From: an uncultured candidate division Zixibacteria bacterium
Lineage (GTDB): Bacteria > Zixibacteria > MSB-5A5 > GN15 > FEB-12
Reading direction: 5' to 3'
Assembly: GCA_963664195.1 (NCBI GenBank)
Contig: OY760907.1
Coordinates: forward strand, 1,504,001 to 1,568,000
DNA: 64,000 bases
A model generated the notes under the pieces. That model ran no database searches. It saw nothing but the letters and a program-made list of their open reading frames with translations, and was not told where the DNA came from. Positions 19,174 to 27,620 of this stretch are shown in pieces (position 1 is the stretch's first letter; the number at the start of each line of letters is the position of its first letter). A program made the translations under genes and the position numbers.

Positions 19174-21434
19174 TGAGGAAGCAAAAAGATAATGGCAATG
19201 CCTTCTGCGAGTCAGTGGCGTCTTTTATGACGTCGCTGATCGAAAAGCGGGATTTTGCCGGGGCTGTCAGCTACTACGAGTCAAATCGTACGCTGGTAGC
19301 CAAGGTCGGTGGTCACTGGGCAGGCAAGATCCTGCACCAGACCGCTAAGGCCTATGCTTCCCTCACTAACTACCCGTCGGCGCTCAAGGCAGCGCGTACC
19401 GCCCAGGCGGTTGTGTCTGAAGAAGGCGACAGCGTTCTTCTGGCCAACATCTTTGTGACCCTGGGAGGTATCCTTCGTGACAGTGGTGAGTTTGTGGAAG
19501 CACAAAAGGCATTCCGCGATGCAGAATCGATTTTCAGGCGCAACGATTGTCCCGAGGGGCAGTCGCGGGCGCTGAACCTTCTGGCAGGCCTGTACTTCAG
19601 ACGTACAGATTACCGTAACGCCCTGTCAGTGCTAATGGATGCTGTCGAGATCGCAAAGAAACTCGACGACAACCGGAAACTTGCCTACATGATGGGCAAC
19701 GTCGGCCGCCTTCACACCTTCATGGGTGACTTTCCGCAAGCCGAACGTCATCTGCAGATCAATATCGATCTGTCGGTGAAGCTTAATGACAAGCTGGAGG
19801 TTGCTCGCGCGCGTCTGTCGCTCGGTTACGTTTACCTTCAGCAGGGACAGCACGACCGGAGTCGCGACGAGTTCGAGAAGGCTCACGCATTGATCCAGAA
19901 GCTTGGCGCCAAGCGCGAAGAGATCATGTACCTGACGTACATCGGCGAGTTGGCCTACCGGACGAACCGTTTCGAGGAATCGAAAGAGGCTCTCGAACAG
20001 GCTGTCATGCAGTCAGAGGAATCGTTCAGCGACCGTTCGCTTGCCGGACGCGCGCTACGTCATCTGGCTGAGCTGTACCTGCGGATGGAGAACTATCGTC
20101 TGGCCGGCAAGACTGCCTCACGGGCGACCGTGATCATGCAGCAGGCCGGTGACTCAGTGGAACTTGGTGCGCTGCTCAAGATCAAGGCTGTCGTCGCTGA
20201 TCATGTCGACAAGCCGGAACGCGCCCGCAAACTCTTCAAGAAGGCGATGGATATTCTGGAAGAGTCAGGGGTGCGCTGGGAAAAGGCGGAAGCTCTGGTT
20301 GCGGCCGGATCCTCGGAATGCTTCAAGGACCGTCAGCGGATGACGTATTTGTTCCGTGCCGAGGAATTCTACGCGAGGGCCAGACTGACACGTCCCCTGG
20401 ACGAGGTCAGTCGGATTATCAGCGGTCTGGGACAGTTCCCCGTGACCTCCGCTGCTCATCTTACGCCGGTCAGAGCGAAGAAAGAGCACGATTACATCAC
20501 TGCCTCTCCAGAGATCAAGAAGATCAAGCATCAACTTCCGCTTCTCGGCCAGAGCGATCTTCCGATCCTGATTACCGGCGAAACCGGAGTCGGCAAGGAT
20601 CACCTCGCGCGATTCTTCCACGCTCAGGTCTGTCCGGAAGCCCCGTACGTGGCGATCAATTGCGCTTCGGTGCCGGAGACGCTGCTTGAGTCGGAGTTGT
20701 TTGGCTACCGCAAAGGTGCCTTCACCGGCGCCGGGCAGGACAAAAAGGGTCTGCTGATTGCGGCTAACGGCGGTGTGCTGTTGCTCGACGAAATCGGCGA
20801 CATGCCTTTGTCGCTCCAGGCGAAACTGCTCGGCGTTCTCGAAAGCCGCAAGGTTATCCCCCTTGGCGGCACCGAGGAAGTCGACATCGACATTAAGCTG
20901 GTAGCCGCCACGAACAGAAACCTTGAAGATATGGTAGAGGAAGGCACGTTCCGCCGTGATCTCTACTACCGCCTCAGTGGCATTACGTTCGAATTGCCAC
21001 CGCTTCGCGAGCGCAAGGAAGATATCCCGCTGCTCCTGGAGCACTTCATGATCCGTCGCGGATTATTGAAGAAAGGCCGGAAACTGCCGGTGGAGCTCCT
21101 GCAGCAGTTTATCGGGTATGACTGGCCGGGCAATGTCCGGGAGCTTGACAACAAGGTCAAGCGACTCGAAGTCATGTCTCAGCTTGTCGCTGAGGGAGAC
21201 CTTGGTGAGGTGGCGCGCTCAATGTTCGAGAACAACCAGCCGGACAATGATCCCGTCAGTCTGTTCGAGCGGGTGGAGCAGTTTGAGCGTCGGTTGATCA
21301 CCGAAGCTCTCCTGGCCGCCGGCGGCAACAAAAGCGAGGCTGCGAGAATGCTCGGCGTCCACGAGGCCACCGTACGCACGAAACTCAAGCGGTATCAGAT
21401 TGCCCTTCCAGAAATGGGGGGTGCTCCGAACTAA
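19173..21434 (+). CDS. TPR-repeat sigma54-dependent transcriptional activator (bEBP)
   Basis: ~410 aa of TPR-like helical repeats; GETGVGKD Walker A, ESELFG..KGAFTGA, LLDEIG, FRRDLYYRL, WPGNVREL; C-terminal Fis-type HTH. Confidence 0.95.
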   Translation: MRKQKDNGNAFCESVASFMTSLIEKRDFAGAVSYYESNRTLVAKVGGHWAGKILHQTAKAYASLTNYPSALKAARTAQAVVSEEGDSVLLANIFVTLGGILRDSGEFVEAQKAFRDAESIFRRNDCPEGQSRALNLLAGLYFRRTDYRNALSVLMDAVEIAKKLDDNRKLAYMMGNVGRLHTFMGDFPQAERHLQINIDLSVKLNDKLEVARARLSLGYVYLQQGQHDRSRDEFEKAHALIQKLGAKREEIMYLTYIGELAYRTNRFEESKEALEQAVMQSEESFSDRSLAGRALRHLAELYLRMENYRLAGKTASRATVIMQQAGDSVELGALLKIKAVVADHVDKPERARKLFKKAMDILEESGVRWEKAEALVAAGSSECFKDRQRMTYLFRAEEFYARARLTRPLDEVSRIISGLGQFPVTSAAHLTPVRAKKEHDYITASPEIKKIKHQLPLLGQSDLPILITGETGVGKDHLARFFHAQVCPEAPYVAINCASVPETLLESELFGYRKGAFTGAGQDKKGLLIAANGGVLLLDEIGDMPLSLQAKLLGVLESRKVIPLGGTEEVDIDIKLVAATNRNLEDMVEEGTFRRDLYYRLSGITFELPPLRERKEDIPLLLEHFMIRRGLLKKGRKLPVELLQQFIGYDWPGNVRELDNKVKRLEVMSQLVAEGDLGEVARSMFENNQPDNDPVSLFERVEQFERRLITEALLAAGGNKSEAARMLGVHEATVRTKLKRYQIALPEMGGAPN

Positions 21435-21555
21435 GCGCTGTATTTGACATAAGATGTCCTTCGTGACCCTTGTTGATAGAGTATGATATCGCCGGGTTCG
21501 GTGAATCGTACGAAAACTCGTCAGGGGACACGAAAGGCAAGATCACTCCTTGGTT

Positions 21556-21593
21556 ACGGTAAGTGTCTGCTCGTCAGGCACTTACCGTTTTTT
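21556..21593 (+). terminator. intrinsic terminator after the bEBP gene
   Basis: ACGGTAAGTGTCTG-CTCGT-CAGGCACTTACCGT followed by T-run. Confidence 0.75.
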
Positions 21594-21605
21594 ATGGAAT
21601 TCGCA

Positions 21606-21623
21606 TTCGTATGAACGTACGAA
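21606..21623. promoter_or_regulatory. candidate bEBP upstream activating sequence
   Basis: palindrome TTCGTA-N6-TACGAA about 125-140 bp upstream of the predicted sigma54 start site. Confidence 0.5.
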
Positions 21624-21678
21624 GTGCCGCAGGCACTTTCTCGTCAACAGGATGCAGTCGCAACCTTAACTCTACGTT

Positions 21679-21691
21679 TAGCAGCCACTTA
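21679..21691 (+). promoter_or_regulatory. IHF-like site
   Basis: TAGCAGCCACTTA, one mismatch to WATCARNNNNTTR, between the UAS and the -24/-12 element. Confidence 0.45.
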
Positions 21692-21720
21692 CGGACGTCA
21701 AAGAGGGGTGCCTGAGGCAC

Positions 21721-21736
21721 TGGCACACGTCTTGCT
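21721..21736 (+). promoter_or_regulatory. sigma54 (-24/-12) promoter
   Basis: TGGCAC-ACGTC-TTGCT matches TGGCAC-N5-TTGCW. Confidence 0.85.
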
Positions 21737-21746
21737 AAGGTATAGT

Positions 21747-21849
21747 CTGTCATTCTTACTCCCGAGTGCCGTAGGGTGCTTGGTAGGTCCTCTTTTCTTT
21801 GGTGTGAGGCCGCCCGTTTTCGAGGGGAGAGCGGGCGGTTCTTATTTTT
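21747..21849 (+). ncRNA. candidate sigma54-dependent small RNA (~100 nt)
   Basis: starts ~12 nt after the -12 GC, has no ATG, ends in a GC-rich hairpin plus U-rich tail. Confidence 0.55.
21809..21849 (+). terminator. intrinsic terminator closing the candidate sRNA
   Basis: GCCGCCCGTTTTC-GAGGG-GAGAGCGGGCGGT then TCTTATTTTT. Confidence 0.75.
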
Positions 21850-21916
21850 CCCATGCTCCCGCCGATAACATATAAAAAGCTGTTTTCTGATTTGGTGAAG
21901 GTGTATTTTGGGGAGC

Positions 21917-22624
21917 ATGAAACATCCAGCCTTAGGACTTATCGAGACTTGCGGCCTCGACAGCGCTCTTGTCGCTATCAAGGCTGCTACCAAAGCGGGC
22001 GATGTCGTGATTGCCTCGGCGGAGCGTTTGGCCTCCGGACATACTACGGTCAAAATCGAGGGGGAATGGACGGTTGTCCAGAAAGCGGTCGAGGCCGGAG
22101 CACGGGCGGTTGATCGCGACGGTGAACTCGTATCGATGCACCTGCTCCCGCGCACCGATGAGGGCGTTCGCGAACTGCTCCCGTACCGTAAGTTTGTGGA
22201 GAAGTATCTCCCGAGCGAGGCCAACGGTGTAGTACCGACACCCAAACGCAGACCAAAGCCCAAAGCGGCCAAGCCACAGCCACAGGCTGCCCCACCAACA
22301 CCGAAACCACAGCCAACGGTTGAGACAGTAGCGCCCGTGACACCTGTGGAGCCGGCACCACCTATACCCGTGGTGACACCTGAGCCGACCTATGAGGCTA
22401 CTCCTCCGGAGACGAAGGCCCCCGAGGTGCGTGACGTGCCTGAGGCACTACCTGTCGTCGACGAACCGACTATCGAGGAGCTTGAGAAGCTATCCGTTGT
22501 CAAGTTGCGACAGTACGCGCGCGGTTTGACCAACCTTCCGATTCAGGGTCGACAGATATCGATGGCTAATAAAGGCCAGCTACTCGACGCGATTCGTGCG
22601 GCTCGCGGGGCAACGACGGGCTGA
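21917..22624 (+). CDS. BMC-domain shell protein with Pro-rich linker and C-terminal helical domain (PduK/EutK-like architecture)
   Basis: ALGLIET.G...A..A..AA.KA.DV, G....V..AVEAG, H..PR BMC motif; tail LEKLSVVKLRQYAR...GRQIS.ANK. Confidence 0.85.
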   Translation: MKHPALGLIETCGLDSALVAIKAATKAGDVVIASAERLASGHTTVKIEGEWTVVQKAVEAGARAVDRDGELVSMHLLPRTDEGVRELLPYRKFVEKYLPSEANGVVPTPKRRPKPKAAKPQPQAAPPTPKPQPTVETVAPVTPVEPAPPIPVVTPEPTYEATPPETKAPEVRDVPEALPVVDEPTIEELEKLSVVKLRQYARGLTNLPIQGRQISMANKGQLLDAIRAARGATTG

Positions 22625-22670
22625 TTGTCGCGTATAAAGGGTAAGCATACAAGCGCTGGAGGAACGTTTC

Positions 22671-22829
22671 ATGAATCTTCGACCATCATTCGAGATAAAA
22701 TGGTACCACATCCTGTTTGGACTTCTGGGCATTGGCGTGGTGGTATTTGCCGTTTTGCATTTCTATTTCGGCCCTCGCCGGTTGAGCTACTTCCACGAAG
22801 ACGAGACTGATATTGTTGATGTAGAGTAG
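22671..22829 (+). CDS. small single-pass membrane protein (52 aa), not in the ORF track
   Basis: GGAGG RBS, ATG; MNLRPSFEIKWYHILFGLLGIGVVVFAVLHFYFGPRRLSYFHEDETDIVDVE*. Confidence 0.7.
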   Translation: MNLRPSFEIKWYHILFGLLGIGVVVFAVLHFYFGPRRLSYFHEDETDIVDVE

Positions 22830-22925
22830 GGGCTGCGGGGGGCTTTTCCTTTCTCTTGTATGGCGGGTCCGTCTTCGGGCTTGACATCTTTGTGTTTGTA
22901 CCCCATCGCTTGCGGAGGGATCCCG

Positions 22926-23591
22926 CTAGTCGATCTCGTCGCGCAGCTTGGTGAGTAGATCAACTATCATTCGGAGAGTTATCTCCCTGGACTCATCGTC
23001 GCCGGCGACGTACGCGATCAGCAACTCACCACAATCAACCATCATTCGAGGCATCCCAGACTTTGGACTCCATGTCTGGCCGAAGATATCTGGACGAACG
23101 TAGAACTCATACATGATGCCATCCAAGCCGACCCAGTCTTTCGCCGCATACGTGGTCTGCAACAGTACGCCATGCCATGTCTCCATCAATCTTTCGGCGC
23201 AGCCTGTCGGAAGGCTGGCAGTCTGGCGTGTCACAGCGACATCTTTACGAAGGTCTATGACCTGCGTACCATCGCCAGCTTCCCTCCAGTTCCAGATTTG
23301 CTGGTCGGCTTCGGCGTATTCAAGTTCATAGCGAACGCTGTCGCCGCTCTCTTCGGAGACCTTTCTCAGGACAACGGCATATTCTGGCCGAAAGCTTGGT
23401 CGAACAATCATCCAGGCGTCAGGCCAATTGTCATCAATCAACGCCTTGAACACTGTTTGCTCGTAGTCAGTTCGGCTGTGGTCATAGGCGGGTACTGGCT
23501 CCAGGTGATTGAGTTCGTCCTTGGCGAATACTCCAAGACTCGAGATCGCAAGCCATGTCAAAACTCCGAGTAGAATGCGATAACTGAACAC
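22926..23591 (-). CDS. hypothetical secreted protein
   Basis: GGAGG RBS, signal peptide, PSF.PEY and GLDG..Y motifs. Confidence 0.75.
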   Translation of the reverse strand: MFSYRILLGVLTWLAISSLGVFAKDELNHLEPVPAYDHSRTDYEQTVFKALIDDNWPDAWMIVRPSFRPEYAVVLRKVSEESGDSVRYELEYAEADQQIWNWREAGDGTQVIDLRKDVAVTRQTASLPTGCAERLMETWHGVLLQTTYAAKDWVGLDGIMYEFYVRPDIFGQTWSPKSGMPRMMVDCGELLIAYVAGDDESREITLRMIVDLLTKLRDEID

Positions 23592-23678
23592 TGTTTCCCT
23601 CCAGTCGGTAGTGTGAGTATGAGTTCGTCCTTACGATAGATAGCCGCATTGTCAAAGGTGAACAAGTGTTTTGAGCCC

Positions 23679-23880
23679 TGTGCCCCGCCCAGAGCGGAGC
23701 GCAGTGGAGCGTCGGGTGGGAGAATCTGAATCGCGCCGCAAGCGGGTGCGGCACCAAAACAAGAGAAGACACCCTCAAACGGGTGAATGTGTTTGTGATC
23801 GGCTTCTGTCGTGTCGTTTGAGGGTGGCACCCGGAGTTGAGGCTGGATTCTCATCCCACCGCAAGCGGATGGGGCACCAA
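23679..23880. repeat. cluster of REP-like hairpins with GGTGCC foot
   Basis: CCGCAAGCGG-cored hairpins at 23731-23757 and 23853-23880, and a CACCCTCAAACG/CGTTTGAGGGTG stem; each ends GGCACC. Confidence 0.65.
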
Positions 23881-23891
23881 GGCAGGAAGAG

Positions 23892-23936
23892 CAATCAAGT
23901 GGTGCAGACCTCGACAGGCTCAGGGTGACTTGATTG
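23892..23936. repeat. 45-bp palindromic element, copy 1
   Basis: CAATCAAGT...TCGACAGGCTCAG...ACTTGATTG; 41/45 identical to 29081-29125. Confidence 0.85.
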
Positions 23937-23959
23937 CCTCCTCCCCAAAGGGATTTCGA

Positions 23960-23987
23960 TTGATTTTTGCGTACCTTTGCGTATAAT
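23960..23987 (+). promoter_or_regulatory. sigma70-type promoter for tdh-kbl
   Basis: TTGATT-16 bp-TATAAT. Confidence 0.5.
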
Positions 23988-24082
23988 CAAATCTGTTGTA
24001 ATCAGCCGTGCGGTAAGACCTTCGACCAAAACCTCACGCCCGATTCGGACTAAATGAACTATAGCAATTGAAAGCCCTCGAT

Positions 24083-25021
24083 ATGAAGCAGATTCTCGTC
24101 ACCGGCTCTGTGGGCCAAATCGGCTCAGAACTCGTCCACGCCCTCCGCAAACGGTACGGGCACGATATGGTCGTCGCGACCGACATCCGTATGCCCTCCG
24201 ACAAAAACCTCCGCGATGACGGTCCGTTTGAGTTCCTCGACGTTCTCGACCCGCATCATATCACTCGCGTGATGCAGATTCACGATATCGGTACGATCTA
24301 CCACCTCGCCGCCGTGCTCTCCAGTATTGGTGAGTCGCGCCCGAATGTCGCCTGGCAGGTGAACATGAACGGCCTGTACAACATGCTCGAGGCCGCTCGT
24401 CAGTACCAGTGCGCAATGTTTTTCCCGTCGTCGATAGGTGCGTTCGGCCCCACGACGCCGAAAGAGGACACGCCGCAGGACACTCTGCAACGTCCTGATA
24501 CGATCTACGGCGTCACCAAGGTAGCAGGCGAGTTGATCTGTGATTACTATCACAAGCGTTTTGGGACCGATACGCGCGGCGTCCGTTTCCCAGGGTTGAT
24601 TTCCTACGAAACCGAGCCCGGTGGCGGTACGACCGATTATGCGGTGTCGATTTTCTCTGAGGCCAAAAAGCACCAGAAATACACCTGTTATCTGCGCGAA
24701 GATACATCGCTGGATATGATGTACATGGCCGATGCTATCCGTGCGATGATCGACCTGATGGAAGCCGACCCGGAAAAACTGATCCATCGCAACGCCTTCA
24801 ATATCGCCGCGATGAATTTCACACCGGCGCAGCTTGCCGATGAGATCCGCAAACATATTCCGGAATTCGAGATTGATTACGATATTGACCCGGTCCGTCA
24901 GGCTATCGCCGATTCCTGGCCGGACTATATGAACGACTCGGCCGCCCGTGAGGAATGGGGCTGGGCGCACGAGTATGATTTGGCGGCGACCGTCAAGCTC
25001 ATGCTGGAGAAAATCGCTTAG
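24083..25021 (+). CDS. tdh: L-threonine 3-dehydrogenase (SDR/epimerase type)
   Basis: TGSVGQIG, PSSIGAFG, YGVTK, PGGGTTDYAV, RQAIADSWP; next to kbl. Confidence 0.9.
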   Translation: MKQILVTGSVGQIGSELVHALRKRYGHDMVVATDIRMPSDKNLRDDGPFEFLDVLDPHHITRVMQIHDIGTIYHLAAVLSSIGESRPNVAWQVNMNGLYNMLEAARQYQCAMFFPSSIGAFGPTTPKEDTPQDTLQRPDTIYGVTKVAGELICDYYHKRFGTDTRGVRFPGLISYETEPGGGTTDYAVSIFSEAKKHQKYTCYLREDTSLDMMYMADAIRAMIDLMEADPEKLIHRNAFNIAAMNFTPAQLADEIRKHIPEFEIDYDIDPVRQAIADSWPDYMNDSAAREEWGWAHEYDLAATVKLMLEKIA

Positions 25022-25071
25022 GGGATTGCTTCGGCGCGAAACAGATTCATTTTTGATCAGGGGAATAGAAC

Positions 25072-26301
25072 ATGCCACTGGATAGATTTGCACAGGATTT
25101 GAAAGCCGGAGTCGATGAACTCATCGCCGCCGGAACGGCCAAGGGTGCCGAACATGTTGTCACCGAAGTCATCAGGCCGTCAGGCGAAAAAGGCCCGCGC
25201 GTTCTGCTCGAGGGTCACGGCGACAAGCAGTTCGTCCGCATGAACTCCAACTCTTACCTCGGCATGGCGCTGCGTGAGCCGGTGCTCAAAGCCGAGGAAG
25301 CTGGCGCGGCCAAGTACGGTGTGGGGCCGGGCGCGGTGCGGTTCATCAGCGGGACGTACGTTCCCCATGTCGAACTCGAAAAGAAACTCGCCAAATTCCA
25401 CGGTCGCGAAGCCTGCATGATCACCTCGGCCGCGTACACATCAGTAATGGGCGTAATCGCCACGCTGGCGACGCCGGAAACGATCATCATCTCCGACGAG
25501 TTGAACCACAATTGCATCATCAACGCCATGAAGCTGTCTCGTCCCAAAGGGAAAAAGGTTTACAAGCATGTAGATATGGCGATGCTTGAGGAACAGATCA
25601 AGGCCTCGATAGGCGAATGCGACAACTTGATCGTTGTCACGGACGGTGTGTTCTCGATGCGCGGTGTGTACGCTCCGCTGGAGAAGATTTGCGCCCTGGC
25701 GAAAAAGTACAACGATCAGTTTCCGAAGGATATCGTGGTGATGGTCGATGATTCTCACGGAGTTGGCGCGCTCGGCAAGAACGGACGCGGTACCGAAGAA
25801 CTGTGTGCGGCTGAGGGTGTGGATGTTCTGGTGGCGACGCTCGGTAAAGCGCTGGGTGTGAACGGCGGATATGTGGTATCTAAGAAAGAAGTGATCGACT
25901 TCCTTCGGGAAAAAAGCTCGTTCTATATTTACACCAACCCGATTACGCCGTCGGAGGCAACTGCCGCGATTGCCGCACTGGAACTGCTTGATTCCGACGA
26001 AGGCAAGAAGTTGCTTGAGCACTTGGCGGCAATGACGCAGAAGTTTGAGAAGGGTCTGGTTGATCTTGGTTACGAGACGCTGTCCAGCCCGCATCCGGTG
26101 ACGCCGCTGATGATCCGTGACACAGAACGCACGACGAAGTGTGTGAATTTCCTTCGCGAGAACGGCGTCTTGGCGACGGGGTTGAATTTCCCGGTGGTGC
26201 CGAAGGGTGACCAGTCGATCCGGTTCCAGGTTTGCGCGGACCACACGCCGTACGATATCGAGTATGTGCTGGACGTTCTGGAGAAGTTCAAGGATCAGTA
26301 G
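25072..26301 (+). CDS. kbl: glycine C-acetyltransferase (2-amino-3-ketobutyrate CoA ligase)
   Basis: NSYLG, GAVRFISGT, SDELNH, DGVFSM, DDSHG, TLGKA. Confidence 0.9.
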   Translation: MPLDRFAQDLKAGVDELIAAGTAKGAEHVVTEVIRPSGEKGPRVLLEGHGDKQFVRMNSNSYLGMALREPVLKAEEAGAAKYGVGPGAVRFISGTYVPHVELEKKLAKFHGREACMITSAAYTSVMGVIATLATPETIIISDELNHNCIINAMKLSRPKGKKVYKHVDMAMLEEQIKASIGECDNLIVVTDGVFSMRGVYAPLEKICALAKKYNDQFPKDIVVMVDDSHGVGALGKNGRGTEELCAAEGVDVLVATLGKALGVNGGYVVSKKEVIDFLREKSSFYIYTNPITPSEATAAIAALELLDSDEGKKLLEHLAAMTQKFEKGLVDLGYETLSSPHPVTPLMIRDTERTTKCVNFLRENGVLATGLNFPVVPKGDQSIRFQVCADHTPYDIEYVLDVLEKFKDQ

Positions 26302-26496
26302 GAAGTCGTACATCTTTCGTTTTTCAGGGGCCCACAGTGACTTGCTGTGGGTTTCTTTTTGGCATACCGCCGGGTATCTGTTCTCCAATTCGTTCATTCC
26401 GTGTTAATCGTGTAATACCTCCTCTCGGATTTGCCCTTTACGAACTGCCGACCTCCTTTTATATTACAGGGCACATATAGAGACATGGGAGGCAAA

Positions 26497-26808
26497 ATGG
26501 CTGAAGGCGGATTGATGTGCTGGAATTGCGGCCGGCCGACCGGTATCACCGCGAAGGTGATGCGGGCTGACCAGTGCGTGCATTGTTTGGCTGACTTACG
26601 TAGTTGCAGAGGGTGTCGTTTTTTCGATCCCACTCGCAGGTTCCAGTGCAAAGAGGTTGTTGAGAAACCACAGGCCAACAAGGAAAAGGCGAATTTCTGT
26701 GATTTCTTCATGATGCGGGACGTGGTGAAAACGCCGGGTGGTATTTCATCGCAGTCCGATTCAAAGGACGACAAGAAGAAGAAGTTCGACGACCTCTTCA
26801 AAGACTGA
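26497..26808 (+). CDS. conserved Cys-rich hypothetical protein
   Basis: GGAGG RBS; CWNC, CVHC..DL..C..C.FFD, KEKANFCDFF, FDDLFK. Confidence 0.8.
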   Translation: MAEGGLMCWNCGRPTGITAKVMRADQCVHCLADLRSCRGCRFFDPTRRFQCKEVVEKPQANKEKANFCDFFMMRDVVKTPGGISSQSDSKDDKKKKFDDLFKD

Positions 26809-26831
26809 AAAATCTACAAAGCCAAAGCTCA

Positions 26832-26867
26832 AACCGCAGGCACTGGAAACGGTCCTGCGGTTCTTTT
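26832..26867 (+). terminator. intrinsic terminator
   Basis: AACCGCAGG...CCTGCGGTT then CTTTT. Confidence 0.65.
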
Positions 26868-26883
26868 GTGTGGGGGCAAACGA

Positions 26884-26912
26884 TTGACAAACAGCGCCGC
26901 TGCGGCTAGATT
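26884..26912 (+). promoter_or_regulatory. sigma70-type promoter
   Basis: TTGACA-17 bp-TAGATT. Confidence 0.55.
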
Positions 26913-26959
26913 AGGGCAATACCAGACCTGAACATTCATCCGCGGGGAGGGACGTCCCA

Positions 26960-27505
26960 TTGAAAACCCGAACAGCCGTATTGATCCTCTTGATAATGTC
27001 GCTTTCGCTTTCTGCTTCCGCCTTTGACGGCAAACGTAAGGGATTCGTGATTGGAGGTGGAATAGGAGGATCGCCGGTAACCAGATGGAGTACAGACTAC
27101 CTTGACATGGAGGAGACGGCTGCAGCACTCGGCTTCAGCGGGTTTCTGGGCTACTCGTGGGACAATTCTAACATGATCGTGCTTGATCGCAGCTTTGCCA
27201 GCTACAGCTCCGATGAATTTACCTCTTCGCGTACAATGCCGAATTTGCATTCGATTCGCTGGTATCACTACTTTGGCAAAGAAGGAAGCACAGTGTTTAC
27301 CTGTCTCGGCGTCGGGAGGATGCATCTATTCAACAATGATCTGGATATCGGGGACCCGAAACTCGGCTACGTTCTTGGGGGAGGTTACGAACCCGTCAGG
27401 CACGTGCAACTCGGCGCCTACTTCATCGGCGGCCGGTCACACAGCGACGGTCACAAGTTCAATCATGCCATTTTGCAGTTTCTGGTGACGGTGACAGCCT
27501 ACTGA
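26960..27505 (+). CDS. outer-membrane beta-barrel-like protein
   Basis: signal peptide, alternating Gly/aromatic strands, C-terminal Tyr. Confidence 0.7.
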   Translation: MKTRTAVLILLIMSLSLSASAFDGKRKGFVIGGGIGGSPVTRWSTDYLDMEETAAALGFSGFLGYSWDNSNMIVLDRSFASYSSDEFTSSRTMPNLHSIRWYHYFGKEGSTVFTCLGVGRMHLFNNDLDIGDPKLGYVLGGGYEPVRHVQLGAYFIGGRSHSDGHKFNHAILQFLVTVTAY

Positions 27506-27620
27506 TTTGCCGGGTCGTCTGGTTCAATAATCGGCCCCTCCAATCTACTTGCTCTCGCGTGTGAATTGTCTATATTCTTTTTCATCATCGGAAGTCCTGA
27601 AACCTCTTGAGGAGTGTATC

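Noticed and set aside
21592..21753. Minus-strand 53-aa ORF (MTDYTLARR...) with a GGGAG RBS
   Set aside because: It runs through the sigma54 promoter, IHF-like site and UAS, has no recognisable protein features, and the nearby terminators face the plus strand. Kept only as an alternative to the sRNA reading.
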